This document shows positions 17,926 to 30,120 of a stretch of DNA of 64,000 nucleotides, one piece after another. The number at the start of each line of letters is the position of its first letter. Position 1 is the first letter of the stretch. The stretch is from the human T2T-CHM13v2.0 reference genome, Homo sapiens. The stretch lies in NCBI RefSeq assembly GCF_009914755.1, contig NC_060936.1, one strand, 5' to 3'. The notes below the pieces were generated by a model, which was not told where the DNA came from, ran no database searches, and saw only the letters and a program-made list of their open reading frames with translations. The position numbers and the translations under genes are program-made.

Positions 17926-19482
17926 ACCCAGGAATTACATGCAAAGGATGCACGTGCTTCTGGTGAGGAAGTCTCTAGGCCTGGGCTCCCCCTAGAGCCG
18001 CCCATCGTCCTGACGTGCACTCAGGCGGTGCGGCAGGGCTGGGCGGAAGGGAGGCTCATGCCGCACACAGGGCTATTTTCTTGGTGGGATGAGGCTTTGC
18101 CAAGGAAGTCCTGCTTCCAGGGACAGGGGTCTCTAAGGCCCAGAGCAGAGTTGAGGAAAAAAGACCTCAAATCTGCAGGAGGACACACAGGGCGGGTGGA
18201 CCCCAGCTCCAGCTGGGGCGTTGGTCAGGGAGGGGTACTGGCAGCATGAGAAGTGAAGCTGCCAGAAGAGGAACCCACTTTTACTCACTCTGCTGGGGGC
18301 CGCCCACCTGTGCTTTCCCAGGGAGACAGGGGCTGGGCAGCCCCAGCTGGGAGTTGAGACCACCTTCTGGGTGACCCCAGCCTTGTCTCAGCCCAGGCCT
18401 CCGGTGCTTCTGGGGCTCACAACACACATCTGTCCCTGGTTCCTTGTCTTAGCAACTCCTACTCCATTGCCTAACAATTTTCTTTCTGTTCCCATCTCAG
18501 GCTGAAAAGGGGACCACCGCTCCCCGGGCAACCCCTATCCCATCCTGTGCCCCTCTAACCCTGGACCCCACACCTTGGCCCTGATGAGCTCACTCTCCCG
18601 TCTGTGTCTTCACAGCCCACCTCACCCCGCCTCCCCCGGCCCAGGAAACTTCAGACTTCACCGCAGCTTCCTGCCTCAGAGGATGTCAGGGCCCCGGTGA
18701 GGCCGACAGAGCAGTGAGTGCCATGGCCCCCGCCCCTTCCCTTCTGAGCCCTGCGAGCCCCGTCACCCGATCTGCCCTCCCTCCGCTGTGGTGTCTGTAA
18801 CTACTTCCTCAGGAGGGAGACAGCCACACGGGCCTTCCACGAGGGCCCCTGTGGGCAGCGTCCGGCCCCTGCCCAGGACCAGCGTTTGGTCCTGGGTGTG
18901 GAGAAATTCAGCCTCTGAGAGCCACCCCTGTCTCACAGCTCTGGTGGCCACCAGTCGGGAAGATGCCCCTTCCGCCACTGTGTGTGGCCCATTGGGTTCT
19001 AGAACTTTCTACAACTACGTTTACTAGACTCATTTCTGGCTTGGCCATTCCCTCACCCTCTTGGCCTTTGCCTCTCTCTACGTGGCCGCCTGGCCATGGC
19101 TTTCTGTCCTGTTCTCCTGAGAGCCGTCCACCTGCAGGCCGAGATGAATCATCTCCGGCATTCGGATCCACTACCCATTCATTCCATCACCTTCCAGGCC
19201 TTGCTCCATGACAAGCACTGGGACCTGGGCTCTCCCTGGTGGCACTCACTGACCAGGGGATTTCCTCCTATGAGCAAGCCTTCCCTGGTCACGGGGGGAT
19301 ACCCTACAGGGAGCAGCCAGATCTCTTCTCCCTGGGTGCCCCTCCTTGGGGTCTGTCAGACTGTGAGGCTAGCCACCTCCCCTGAGCCCTGCTTCTCTGC
19401 TGCTTGGAAGAGACTTGCCAGGGAAGATAGATCTCCCCGCTGCAGCAGGGTCTGGGGGCCAGCTTGGGGCATGGCACCGTAG

Positions 19483-20036
<554 letters not shown>

Positions 20037-21822
20037 TAATCCTCATGACCCTCTTAGTGCTCATGACAGATCAGGAAACTGAGGCCCAGACATCCCCAAT
20101 GATACGTAGCCAATAGAGCTGGGGTCAAAGCCCAGATCTGACTCCAAAGAGGATGGCAGGAACAGGATGGGACCATGGATGGGATCCCCATGGTGCCAGT
20201 GGTCGCCTGCTTCTGGTGACTGTAGCAGGGGATGCTCCTCCATCCCTCTGGTAGCAGCTCTTAGCACAAATTCTTCCTACAGCAACTTGCAGCTTTCCAG
20301 AATCTCCACAACTCAATCTACTCTGACATGTTCCTTGAGCATCTCTCTCTGGGCAAGGCCAGAAAGGCCATCCCTGTTCTTATGATGTGGAGGCTGCCCT
20401 GAACAGTGAACCCCGGGACCTGATAGGGGAGGCCCTGATGGCAGAGGAGGAGGAAAGAAAAAACCTCCTGACCTCTTGCAGGGCAGTGGGTTGCTGTGAA
20501 TGTCTCCACCCAGCAGCACTTGACTCAAAAAGTGGGTCAATGACCTTGCCCCTCCCTGGCTACTGCACAGGAAACATGAGAGTAAAGGTGTCCCAGACCA
20601 TGACTTTTACTATCCCCGGGCCACGCCCCGGGAATTCCTCTGATGCCTCAGCTCTCCCAGCTCACCAGGGGCTAGAGACAGGCGCTGTTTTGGGGGTGGC
20701 CCTACAGGGCCCACATCCCACAAAGACAGGTTCCTCAGAGGCCGCGATAGGACCTGCTGAAGTCGGAATGGAGGGGGGCTCTGAGCTAGGACAGCCCCTT
20801 TTCGGGTCCTCTCCAAGGTCTAGGTGGGGGTGGAGGTGTCTGGATTTTGGCTCCATCCTAGGTCAGTGTCTGACCTCACCTCACACACACAAGGCTTGGC
20901 TGGCCGGAGAGGGCCACCGGATGACGTGGTTCCCTGCAGGTCACTAAACACTGAGTCACAGAGGTGGGGTGAGGCCCCACCTGGGGATCTCAACCTTTGG
21001 TCCCCAATGTTGATGAAGCCCAGATGGGAGTCAGGGTCCTCCCACTGACTGTTTCTCCTGTCCCCACCCCTCACAACACCGACTCCCAAGCAATTGCACA
21101 TAAATCCGTAAACCACCCGTGGGGGCCTGCAGGTGGCAGGCAGAGCCTGGTGTGGGGCCCCTGCCCCCAGTGCTCTGTTCCTTCCTCAGTTCATTTTCTA
21201 CACTGTCTGGTTTTGTCCCAGGGAACTAGGAAAGCACAGAAGTAATTGTAGCCACGCAATTCCAGAACCACCAACTGCAAGCCGTGGAATCCTGGGAGCT
21301 GCAGACACAGAACTCGCATCCACAGGACCCCAGAGCCTCAGGCTGCAGAGCGCAGGCCACAGAGCCCTGGAGCCACAGGCTGATCTGCAGCCGGGAGCAT
21401 CCCAGAACCACAGGACCCAGACACACAGCCCAGGCAATCCGAGCACCAAGGGACTCAAATCTGCAGCTCACAGAGTCTGCAGAGACCACAGCAGGTAGCG
21501 CAGCAATCCTGGAACCATGGGAGGCCCAAGAGCAGCCCACTGCTTTCTAGAACCACAGGAGAGGAACGAGCTGTGGGCTCTCAGCACAGAGCTGGGAGGG
21601 TGGCCCCAGAGTTCACCTCCTCCTCCAAACACCTTCCACTTACGTATAGGGCTTGGCCTCTAGGGCCCCGCAGCCAGCGCCCCTGAGCGGCCTCCAGGAG
21701 TGAAGAGCCGGCCAAGGCCCTGCCAAGGCTGCAGGGCGGGGACACCCAGTGGGGGACGCCCGGGAGGGGAAACCCTTCGGGCGGGCGGACCCTCGGGCCC
21801 CCCGGCGCGCAGGCGCACTCAC

Positions 21823-21910
21823 CGGCCGTGTCGTAGAGGTTCAGGGTCACCTCCTTGCTGCCAACGGTCACGCTGGCCGTGTACTTCTCGAACACCGATG
21901 GGGCGTAGTG
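21823..21910 (-). CDS. RHOF: RHOF exon 2 (HYAPSVFEKYTASVTVGSKEVTLNLYDTA)
   Basis: cgcag acceptor, G|GTGAGT donor; switch I and DTAG (G3). Confidence 0.97.
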
Positions 21911-22166
21911 CTGCGGGAGAGGGGGTCGGGTTGGTCCTTAGTGGGGCCGGCGGGGGCCAAAGTTCCAGCTGAATCCACTGTCCACCCCCCTCACTCGTCC
22001 CGGATCAGCCCCCCCTCACCCCGCTGGGCTCTGGAATTCCCGAGGGGGCGCCCCGGGGTGGCGGCCGCCTGTCCGTGCTCGGGACGCTGGGGACTGAGGG
22101 TCGGGGCTCTGGGCTCAGGGTAAGGGGCGTCCATCGCCCCCACCCCAGCCCCGCTGCGGGCCTCAC

Positions 22167-22304
22167 CTCGGGGAAGGAGCCCTGGCTGTACACCATGAGC
22201 AGCGAGGTCTTGCCGCAGCCGCCGTCGCCCACGATCACGATCTTCAGCTCCTTCCTGCCCGGACCGGGGGCGGCGGTCTGGGCCAGGGCCCCGGGGGCAT
22301 CCAT
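22167..22304 (-). CDS. RHOF: RHOF exon 1 coding part (MDAPGALAQ...GDGGCGKTS...SFPE)
   Basis: ATG at 22304, P-loop GDGGCGKT, GAG|GTGAGG donor; the five exons sum to 211 aa. Confidence 0.97.
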
Positions 22305-25300
22305 TGCCCGGAGCCCGCAGCACTGGCGGCGGCGCGCTGGGCACTAGCGGAGCCAAGAGGTCGGGGGCGGGGCGGGGCCGGAACCAGCCCCGCCCACTCG
22401 GAGCAGCGCCGCCTCCGCCAGGCAGCCTCCCGGCCGACCTCCCAGCCTCAGTTTCCTTTCTGCTAAGGTCTCAGCCCTGGGTGTGGGTATTCAGCTCTCA
22501 GTCCCAGGGATACTGCAGCACCGGAAAAACGGGGCTCAGCTGCGAGCAAAGCTCCCACCCCCAACCCACCGCCACCCTCCGCGCGTCACGTCGCGCCCCT
22601 CGCCGGCGAGACCCGATCGTGGCTGCCCAGCGACTCCAGGTGCCCCTGATTAGCAGGCTCCGCCTTCGGCAGGGACCCTCTGATTGGCTGGCGCGGCCAG
22701 ACAGGGTCTCCCGGATTGGCTGGCTGTGCCTCCGCACCGGGTTCGAGAAGCCCCCGGCCTCCAGCTCCGGGAAGAGCCCCTCAACTTTGCACTGCCCCAG
22801 CGGCGTGGCTTGGCACATGTCCGCCTCTGGCCTCAGCTTCCCCACAGGAGGTAGCGGCGGTGGCACCAGGGAAGATGCTGACGCGAGAGTCATGTCTGCC
22901 CACCTCGCCTGGGCCAGGGACGCCAGCGTGCACGCGGGTTCGGGGTGAGGGACTGGGCTCCGCTTACCCGCACCCCGACCCTGGGCTGCAGGGTGGACGT
23001 CTGACGCCCTCTGCCGGGCAATCGCCTCGGCGCCGGCCGCTCCGGGCGCAGGTTGGCCCGAAACCACTAGGGGCGGCCGCCTCCTTCCGGCAGGAGCCAG
23101 AGGCGTGAACCACGCAAGACGTCGTCAGGGAGGGGCAGGTTGGAGTAGCTCTAGTTGAAGTCAACTTGGTCCCTCTCCTGGAGCTTTGGAGACTGATAAC
23201 CCCACACCCACCAAGAAATGTAAGAAAATGCGTTTCCTTGCCAGCAGCCACATGTCCTTCATCCCAGGAATCCCCCCAACTCTCCCATCCCCTGATCAAA
23301 ACAGCTTATTTGTTGAGCACTTACTGTAGGCAGTGCTATCAGGGCTGCTGGCTGAATTACCCGTAACCCCCACCCCTCCTCTTACTCCTCACCCTGGGCG
23401 GGCTGACTGCCCTCTGCACCACCCAGATGAGTCGACAGGGTGGCAGAGGGACCCCCCCTGGAGCCGGTCCACGGCAGACAGGCACGAGAGCATGGCCGAG
23501 AGTGGGATCCTACCAGCTGGGGTAGGAAGAGCCCATTTCTAACAAAACCCCCAACAGCAGCATGGTTGGGGGCAAGTGGCCTTCGTAGTTTCCTCAGATA
23601 GGGGCTGGCAGGACTCAGGATCTTTTTGCTGGCGACCCCACCCCGAAGACTCCCAGTTTTCAAGGTCTCGGCAAGGGTCATGTAAACCTCACTTCGTGGA
23701 GGAAAACCGCCAACCTGGCAGTTCCATGGTCAAGGTTCTCACAGTGCAAGCAAGGCACGGTCTGACCACCAGAGGGCAGCAGCGACCGCCCACAGAATCC
23801 CAAGACCACAGCAGAGCTGGGAAGGGGAGGCCGGGGAGGCACCCCAGGTTCTCAGTGGACGCCCTCTTCAGGCACTGGGCAAAGGGTAATCTCCTGGGTC
23901 AAGCACCCCCTAGACAAATGCACAGCAACTCATCCATTCCTTTTTTGCAACACGTTTATTGAGAGGCAGTTGTGCTCCAGCCTTCCAGGAGGTCACAGTC
24001 TTAGGGGAAGCAGTGCAATGGAGGTTGGAAGCAGGGGAACCCTTTACTGAAGGCTGAGCGCTGGCTGGCACACTAGGCCTGGCAGCACTGGAGGGCAGGC
24101 AGGGAAAGTAGGGTGGGTAACCCAGCCTGGCAAATGCACGGCAGCTAGAAAACCTCTTCAGGTTCTGGGGTGGCTGGGCCATGAGAGGGGAGGCCAGGCA
24201 GGGCTGTCAAGGTAACCGGGGTCAGATCATGGAGTTGCCTGCCAGGCTCCACAGGAGTCGGGGACAGAAGCAGAGCAACCCAGCTACCAGCCGGGCCCTG
24301 AGCTCCCTCAGGGTGACCAGGGAGGAGCTGTGACTGGCTGGGGAGGCAGGGCTGGGGCCGAGGTTCCCCAGGACGACAGGAGGGAGCCAAGGCACTCTAA
24401 GAGGTGGAAGAAGAGGACCAGAAGCTGGTGAGTGCATCACTGGAGCCCATAGGAGGGCTCCTGACTGTCCTCAAAAGCCTCAGACCTCAGTGTCCACTTT
24501 CTCCATCCAAGAAATGGGGCTGTGATCTCTGCTTATGACAGCACAAGCTTGCACAGAAGTGGAGGCGGGAAATAAGCACAAGTGTGCCTTCCCAGCCCGG
24601 CCTGGGTCCAGGCAGAACAGCTGATACTGGCCCCAGTCTGCCCACCCACCCCTGCTGGCCAGGAGGCTGGCAGAACCCCAGCCCCACCTGCCTGGAGCGC
24701 GTTTGATTTGGACTCGACTGTTGTGGTGATGGAGGGGGGCTGGATCTGTAGCTAAAAATACCTCGGAGCCAAGCCAGCTGCTCAGAGCTTCCTCGGAGGC
24801 TGGGCCGCGCTGGGCCCACTGAGGAACTGGGCATGCCCACCCAGGAGGTAGCACCCTTACCTGCTAGAGGTTGAGGGCCTGAGTCACTCCCCCTTCCAGT
24901 CACCAGGAATTCCTGGAGAGTTTGAGAAAGCAAGAAAGATTCTTTAAGCTGGTTACTGACACAACAGCTGTTAGGCCACTGAAGCCTGGGGGAGCGGCCG
25001 GGTGGCATTTGTGGGGTCAGCTCATCGGTGTCCACACAGGGGCCTATGCCATAGTGCGGCCAACAGGGAAACTGAGCCCTGGAGAGTTGCAGGGGCCCAG
25101 CCACTGCTGTGTTGTCAGAGCAAAGTCCAGCCAGCCCCAGTGAGGCTGGAGGCAACGCTGTGGCACCCACTTCCCTGGATGCCTGAGAACCCTGCAGAGG
25201 GGCCACCCACATGAGGCAGAAGACACTCAGCCTTCAGGGATGAAGCTACTCCCTGAGGTCCCAGGGACGGGAGCTGGCCTGGCAAATACATCTACCCTGC

Positions 25301-25377
25301 CTGAGCAGTCCCCAGGCCTTGGCTGCCCATGAGCACTGGGGGACAGGCCAGAGACAAGGCCACTCCTTGAGTGCTAA

Positions 25378-25718
<341 letters not shown>

Positions 25719-27639
25719 TTATTGCTGGACCTGCTCCTCCCAGCGCTCAGGGGCAGGAGCTTGCTGGAAGTCACATGCCAGCTACAGATGCACTGGGCCA
25801 GACGACCTGAGATGGTGGTGCCACCTCACTGCACAGCCCAGGCAGAGGCTGTGTCTCCACCCAGAGGGTCCGAAAGGTCATGTTCCACGCTAGGGCTCCG
25901 GGCGGAGAGGCCGGAAGAGGCGGGGATGCCGGCGACTCAGTAGTAAGGCAAGTCCTGCCACCTCCTGGCCGGCCCTTCCGCTGGCGTGGCCCTCTCTCTG
26001 CAAGCCCTGGGGCCCAGCGCCAGCAGCGGCCCCGCCCCGCGTTCGCTGGGTGACCGGTGGGCGGGGCGCCCTCGAGGGACCAGCAGGAACAGCAGCAGGA
26101 GGACAAACTGCCTCACCCTCCCTGCCCCAAGAGGTGATGGTGGGGGGACAAAGAAAGAAGAGGGACCAAAGCAGAGAGAGAGGGGTACAGTCCAGCCAGG
26201 TGGGTCCCGACACCGTGCCGAGAACCACATCCAGACCACAGCTGAGCACCCAACAGCTCACTGATTGGATCCAGGGAGGGGAGAAACTGGCTGGAGCCCT
26301 CCAGGGTGCAGCTGGGAGGGAGACGTACATCAATTACTTAATTATCCAAAGCAGGTGGGGAGTAAAGACCCCACCCGGAGAGCAACGAAGACTCTAAAGG
26401 GAGGCGCCACACCCTCGGGCGGCAGAGGGTAACGTGAGAGCAACGGGGTTCAATGGCAGAGCCAAATTTAAAACAGGTTTCAGGGAGTATAGAAGGAGGA
26501 GGCTTTTGGGATATTAACAATGTGAACCTCAATTTTTATCAGGTGCTTTCGCCCTCTTGCTGTACTTGGGCAGCGGGGAGTCTGGGCAGGAACACTCTTC
26601 CCTCCCAGCAAAGGAGCTGGACCCAGCACGGCTCATCGGGGATTGAAGACCCAGCCCTGGCCCTCACAGGAGGAGCCAACAGCACCACGCCAGTTACTTC
26701 CAACCAGACAGTCCCGGGCAGGGATGCCAGCAGACAGCTGGCACGGGAGGAAGCCCAAAATAACCCAGACAGCTGGGGTGAGGGGGTGCCATGGGCACAG
26801 GCGCTGGCTGCCAAGTCAAGCCACCTGGAACCCCATCCTGGCTCTATTGGTGGTGGCCTTGTGACCTTGGGGAGTCACTTCTCCCCGGACCATGGGTGGG
26901 TGACCCAAATCTTGACCCCATCATGGAACAGCCCCTGTGGATGGGGAAAGGCCTGCAGCTGGACTCAACCACTCCAGAGGAGAACCGCGTTGGCCGCCTT
27001 CCCAGGGAGCGCCAGATTCCCCTTTGCCCTGAGGCAGGGACACGTGCTTCAGCAGGTGGGCTGGTGCGGGGGGAAGCTCTGAGGCAGCCCAGCCCCCACC
27101 CCCTGCAGCCACTCCCAGCAATAACCACGATCACAATGGAGGCCAACTAAAAGCTTGGGAGGAGGGCCTCTTTAACGCACTTAATCCTCCCACCACCCTT
27201 TCCAGCAGGCATCCTTATCACTTTACAGGGAGACACTCACCCAAGGTCACCAGCACTGAGAGATCCTAGCCCATGGCGAACTATCTCCCTTAACTTAGCA
27301 CCAAGATACCTTTAGCAAGATCTCCTTGTTAATCCGAACAGGCCCCCAGAGCTCGGTGTAGCCCTCACAGCGGGAGTGGGGCACAAGTCCCAAATAGGGG
27401 AGGTGGTGTGATCAGGAGCACCTGGACCCAAATGGTTCATCAAAGCAATCACAAAGCAGAAATCACAAGGAGGGGGGCTCCGAGACCAAGGGCCGCCATC
27501 TCCAGCTGTGGAGCTTCTTAGACACTGAGATGGGAAACTATTCAATACATGAAGTCGGCTAGCGTTAGAATGAAATCAATTACTATGTGCCAAGCGTGGA
27601 ACGTGGCACTTCTGCGTCAAAACCCCAGGTGTTACCAGG

Positions 27640-27835
27640 CTAGGGGCTGGAGTCTCAAAATGTGTTCCCAGACCACAGCATCAGCCTCACCTCACCTGGG
27701 AACTTGTTAGAAATGCCAGTCCTAAGGACCAACCCACTGAATCAGACACTTGGGCACCAGGCCCGGTGGTCCATTTTCAGTGAGCCCCCCTTCCGGTGTG
27801 ATTCTGATGCCGGTTCCAGACTAAGAACCACTGAT
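27640..27835. mobile_element. MER5A-like hAT-Charlie fossil
   Basis: cagcatcagc..cacctgggaacttgttagaaatgc...gtgattctgatgc...agaaccactg. Confidence 0.75.
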
Positions 27836-28299
27836 CTAGCCCTGTTTTCGGAGATGGAGAAATAGGCTTGGAGGCTATGCCGCTTACGCAAGGCCATAGC
27901 TGTTCAATGGCTCGCCAGGTTTCAAATCCAGCTTTGTCTGGTTCTAGAAACAAGGCTTATATACAGGCCTGCCCATTCGGGGACTGGAGAAGAAAACAAT
28001 CCCAGGAAGGTGGAGAAGCGTCAAGGAAGGCCCTTTCATAGAGAAAGGTGGCCGGAACCTCGGGTCTCTGTTCTTTGCCTCTCTAGCAGCCAGACATCAG
28101 AGGACGGCTCACACTGTCACCCCACATGCCCCACGGGGGCGGCTGGAGGGAAGGCCACAGCACAGTTGGGCTTTCTGACAGTGACCTGTGTCTTTCAGAA
28201 GTAGGCGGCACCCAGGGCCCTCCCCCCGCCGAAGAACACACAACTGGGAAATACTTGCAAGTGGATCCTCTCGTATGCTGCTATATTCGGCAGAGACTT

Positions 28300-30120
28300 A
28301 CACGCCCCAAATGCCTGACAACAGAAGCTGACAGACGGGGATGGATGGCCCCGGCGGCCCAGCAGGCGGCCCTACGCGCTCGCAGCTGGGGGGGGGGGGG
28401 TGGGGCGGGGCCGCAGAACCAGCCCGGCGGGTTTGGGGTTCGGCCCTCCCTGGGCTGCAGGCCAGAGCCCCCCAAATCTCCCTCACGGTCTGGGCAAGTA
28501 CTCACACCTACCTTAGTGGGAGGACTGTCAGAGTCAAACTAGGCCTGCCCCTGCCGTTGACAGAAGGAAAGATTGTCCATTCGGGGGGTGCCCGAACGTC
28601 GCCCCTTCTCCGGCCCAGAACCTGGAGGAGAGGAAGGTGGAGGGCGGATCAGGGCGTTGGGGGAGAGAGATGTGACCGGCCGAATACACAGCAGACGGGC
28701 TCCGGGGCTGAAAGGGAGCACCCCAGACGCCGCCCCTCCCCCAGCGGCCCGGGCGGCCGGGGGTGGCTGAGTCAGAAGGTTCAACCCCGGCCCGGGCGGC
28801 GGCTCATCTGCATTTCCAAAGGCCCGCCCCGCCCGCACCCTCCCCGGGAAGGGCCGGAGATCTGAGGCTTCGCCGGGAGCCCCGCGCCTCGGGGGATCCC
28901 GGGGCCCCCCCTCCGCTTTCCCAGGCTTCCCCCACCTCCTGCCTGGAGAGCTGGGCTGGAGGGCTGCCCAACGGGGCGTCTGCGGCCACCCCGAGGGCCT
29001 CCCGCCCTGAGTGAGGACAAAGGGGGCGACCCCCCGCCCCGCGCTGACTCGGCTCTCAAAGGGCGACTGGGAGGTCGGACCTGGGCGCCCAGAGCTGGGT
29101 GGGCAGCGGGGGGCGGCCTGGGGTCAGGGCCAGGCCGGGCCGCGGCTTCCGGAGGAGCCGGTGGGACCCGGGGCGGCCTCGAAGCCCCGCCGACCCCGTG
29201 GCCCTCGGCTGCGGGCGCCCGCGCAGGACAAAGACGAAAGAGGGAAGCGGTCCGGGGCGAGGCCTCCTGGTGCCCGCGTGGGCCGCCGGGTCGCCCAGCC
29301 CCCTACCCCTGCCGCTCCTCCCGCCCGGCGCGCGGCGGCCGCCACCGCCCCAGCCACGGGCAGCGCGCGAAATGGCGCCCATCAGGCCGCCGCGCCCGGC
29401 TGAGGCGAGCGCGGGAGGCGCGGCGCGCGACGCCCCCGAGGCCCACGGCCCCCGAAACGGCCCCCGACACCCGGTCGCCAGCGCTGCGCCCCGCGGGCTC
29501 TCGGGGCCCGACCTGGCCGCGGGCCCGCCTCCTGCTCCGGGCTCCCCACGACCGGGGGGACGGAGGAAAGGAGGAAGGAAGGAAAGAGAGCCGCCGCCAT
29601 TAGCAAAGCAGCCCTGCCCGGCTGGGCCCGCCTGCCAGACCAGCCCGGCCCAGCCGCGACGGGCTCGAAGCCTGTAAAGAAAACTGGTGTTTGGGAGGAG
29701 GAGCGAGCGCGGCCGGGAGGACAGCAGCTCCGGGCTGCGGGCGGAGATGCTGCGTCATGGTGCCAACATGGACGCCGGCCTTTTGTCCTCCTTCGCGTTG
29801 CCAGCGCAGGCGCGCCCCGGAGCCCCGAGAAGACGGCTTCGGGGTGCGGAATCCTCACGATCGAAAGGAAAGTGGGCCCAAGGCTGGGCGATGAGGCTCC
29901 CTAGTGTTTTAAGCCCCCCCGTCTCCAAAGCACTTCAATTTCTTCTCCCCATCCAGGTTCAGACCTGGGAAGAGCGAGGGGGCGAAGGCAGGCGGCTCCA
30001 TGGACCCCCGAGGGTCGCTGCGAAGCCCGTCTTCTCGCCCTTGGGGCAGAAGAGGCACAGGGGTCCGAAGAGCCCTTCGTGTCCCAACCCCCCGCCCACT
30101 GCCCGCTCCGGCTGCCAAAT
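28300..30120. promoter_or_regulatory. CpG island within the lncRNA; possible alternative promoter or enhancer
   Basis: Very GC/CpG-rich; YY1-like AAATGGCG (~29370) and CCGCCATT (~29594); AP-1 TGAGTCA at ~28768. Confidence 0.65.

Larger units (their letters stand above)
21640..23130 (-). promoter_or_regulatory. RHOF: RHOF CpG-island promoter with GC boxes and CCAAT boxes
   Basis: CpG-dense; GGGGCGGGGCGGGGC at ~22363-22378; GATTGGCTGGC at 22682 and 22714. Confidence 0.85.

Noticed and set aside
23063-23078. CCACTAGGGGCGGC as an additional CTCF site
   Set aside because: One base short in the G-run relative to the core consensus
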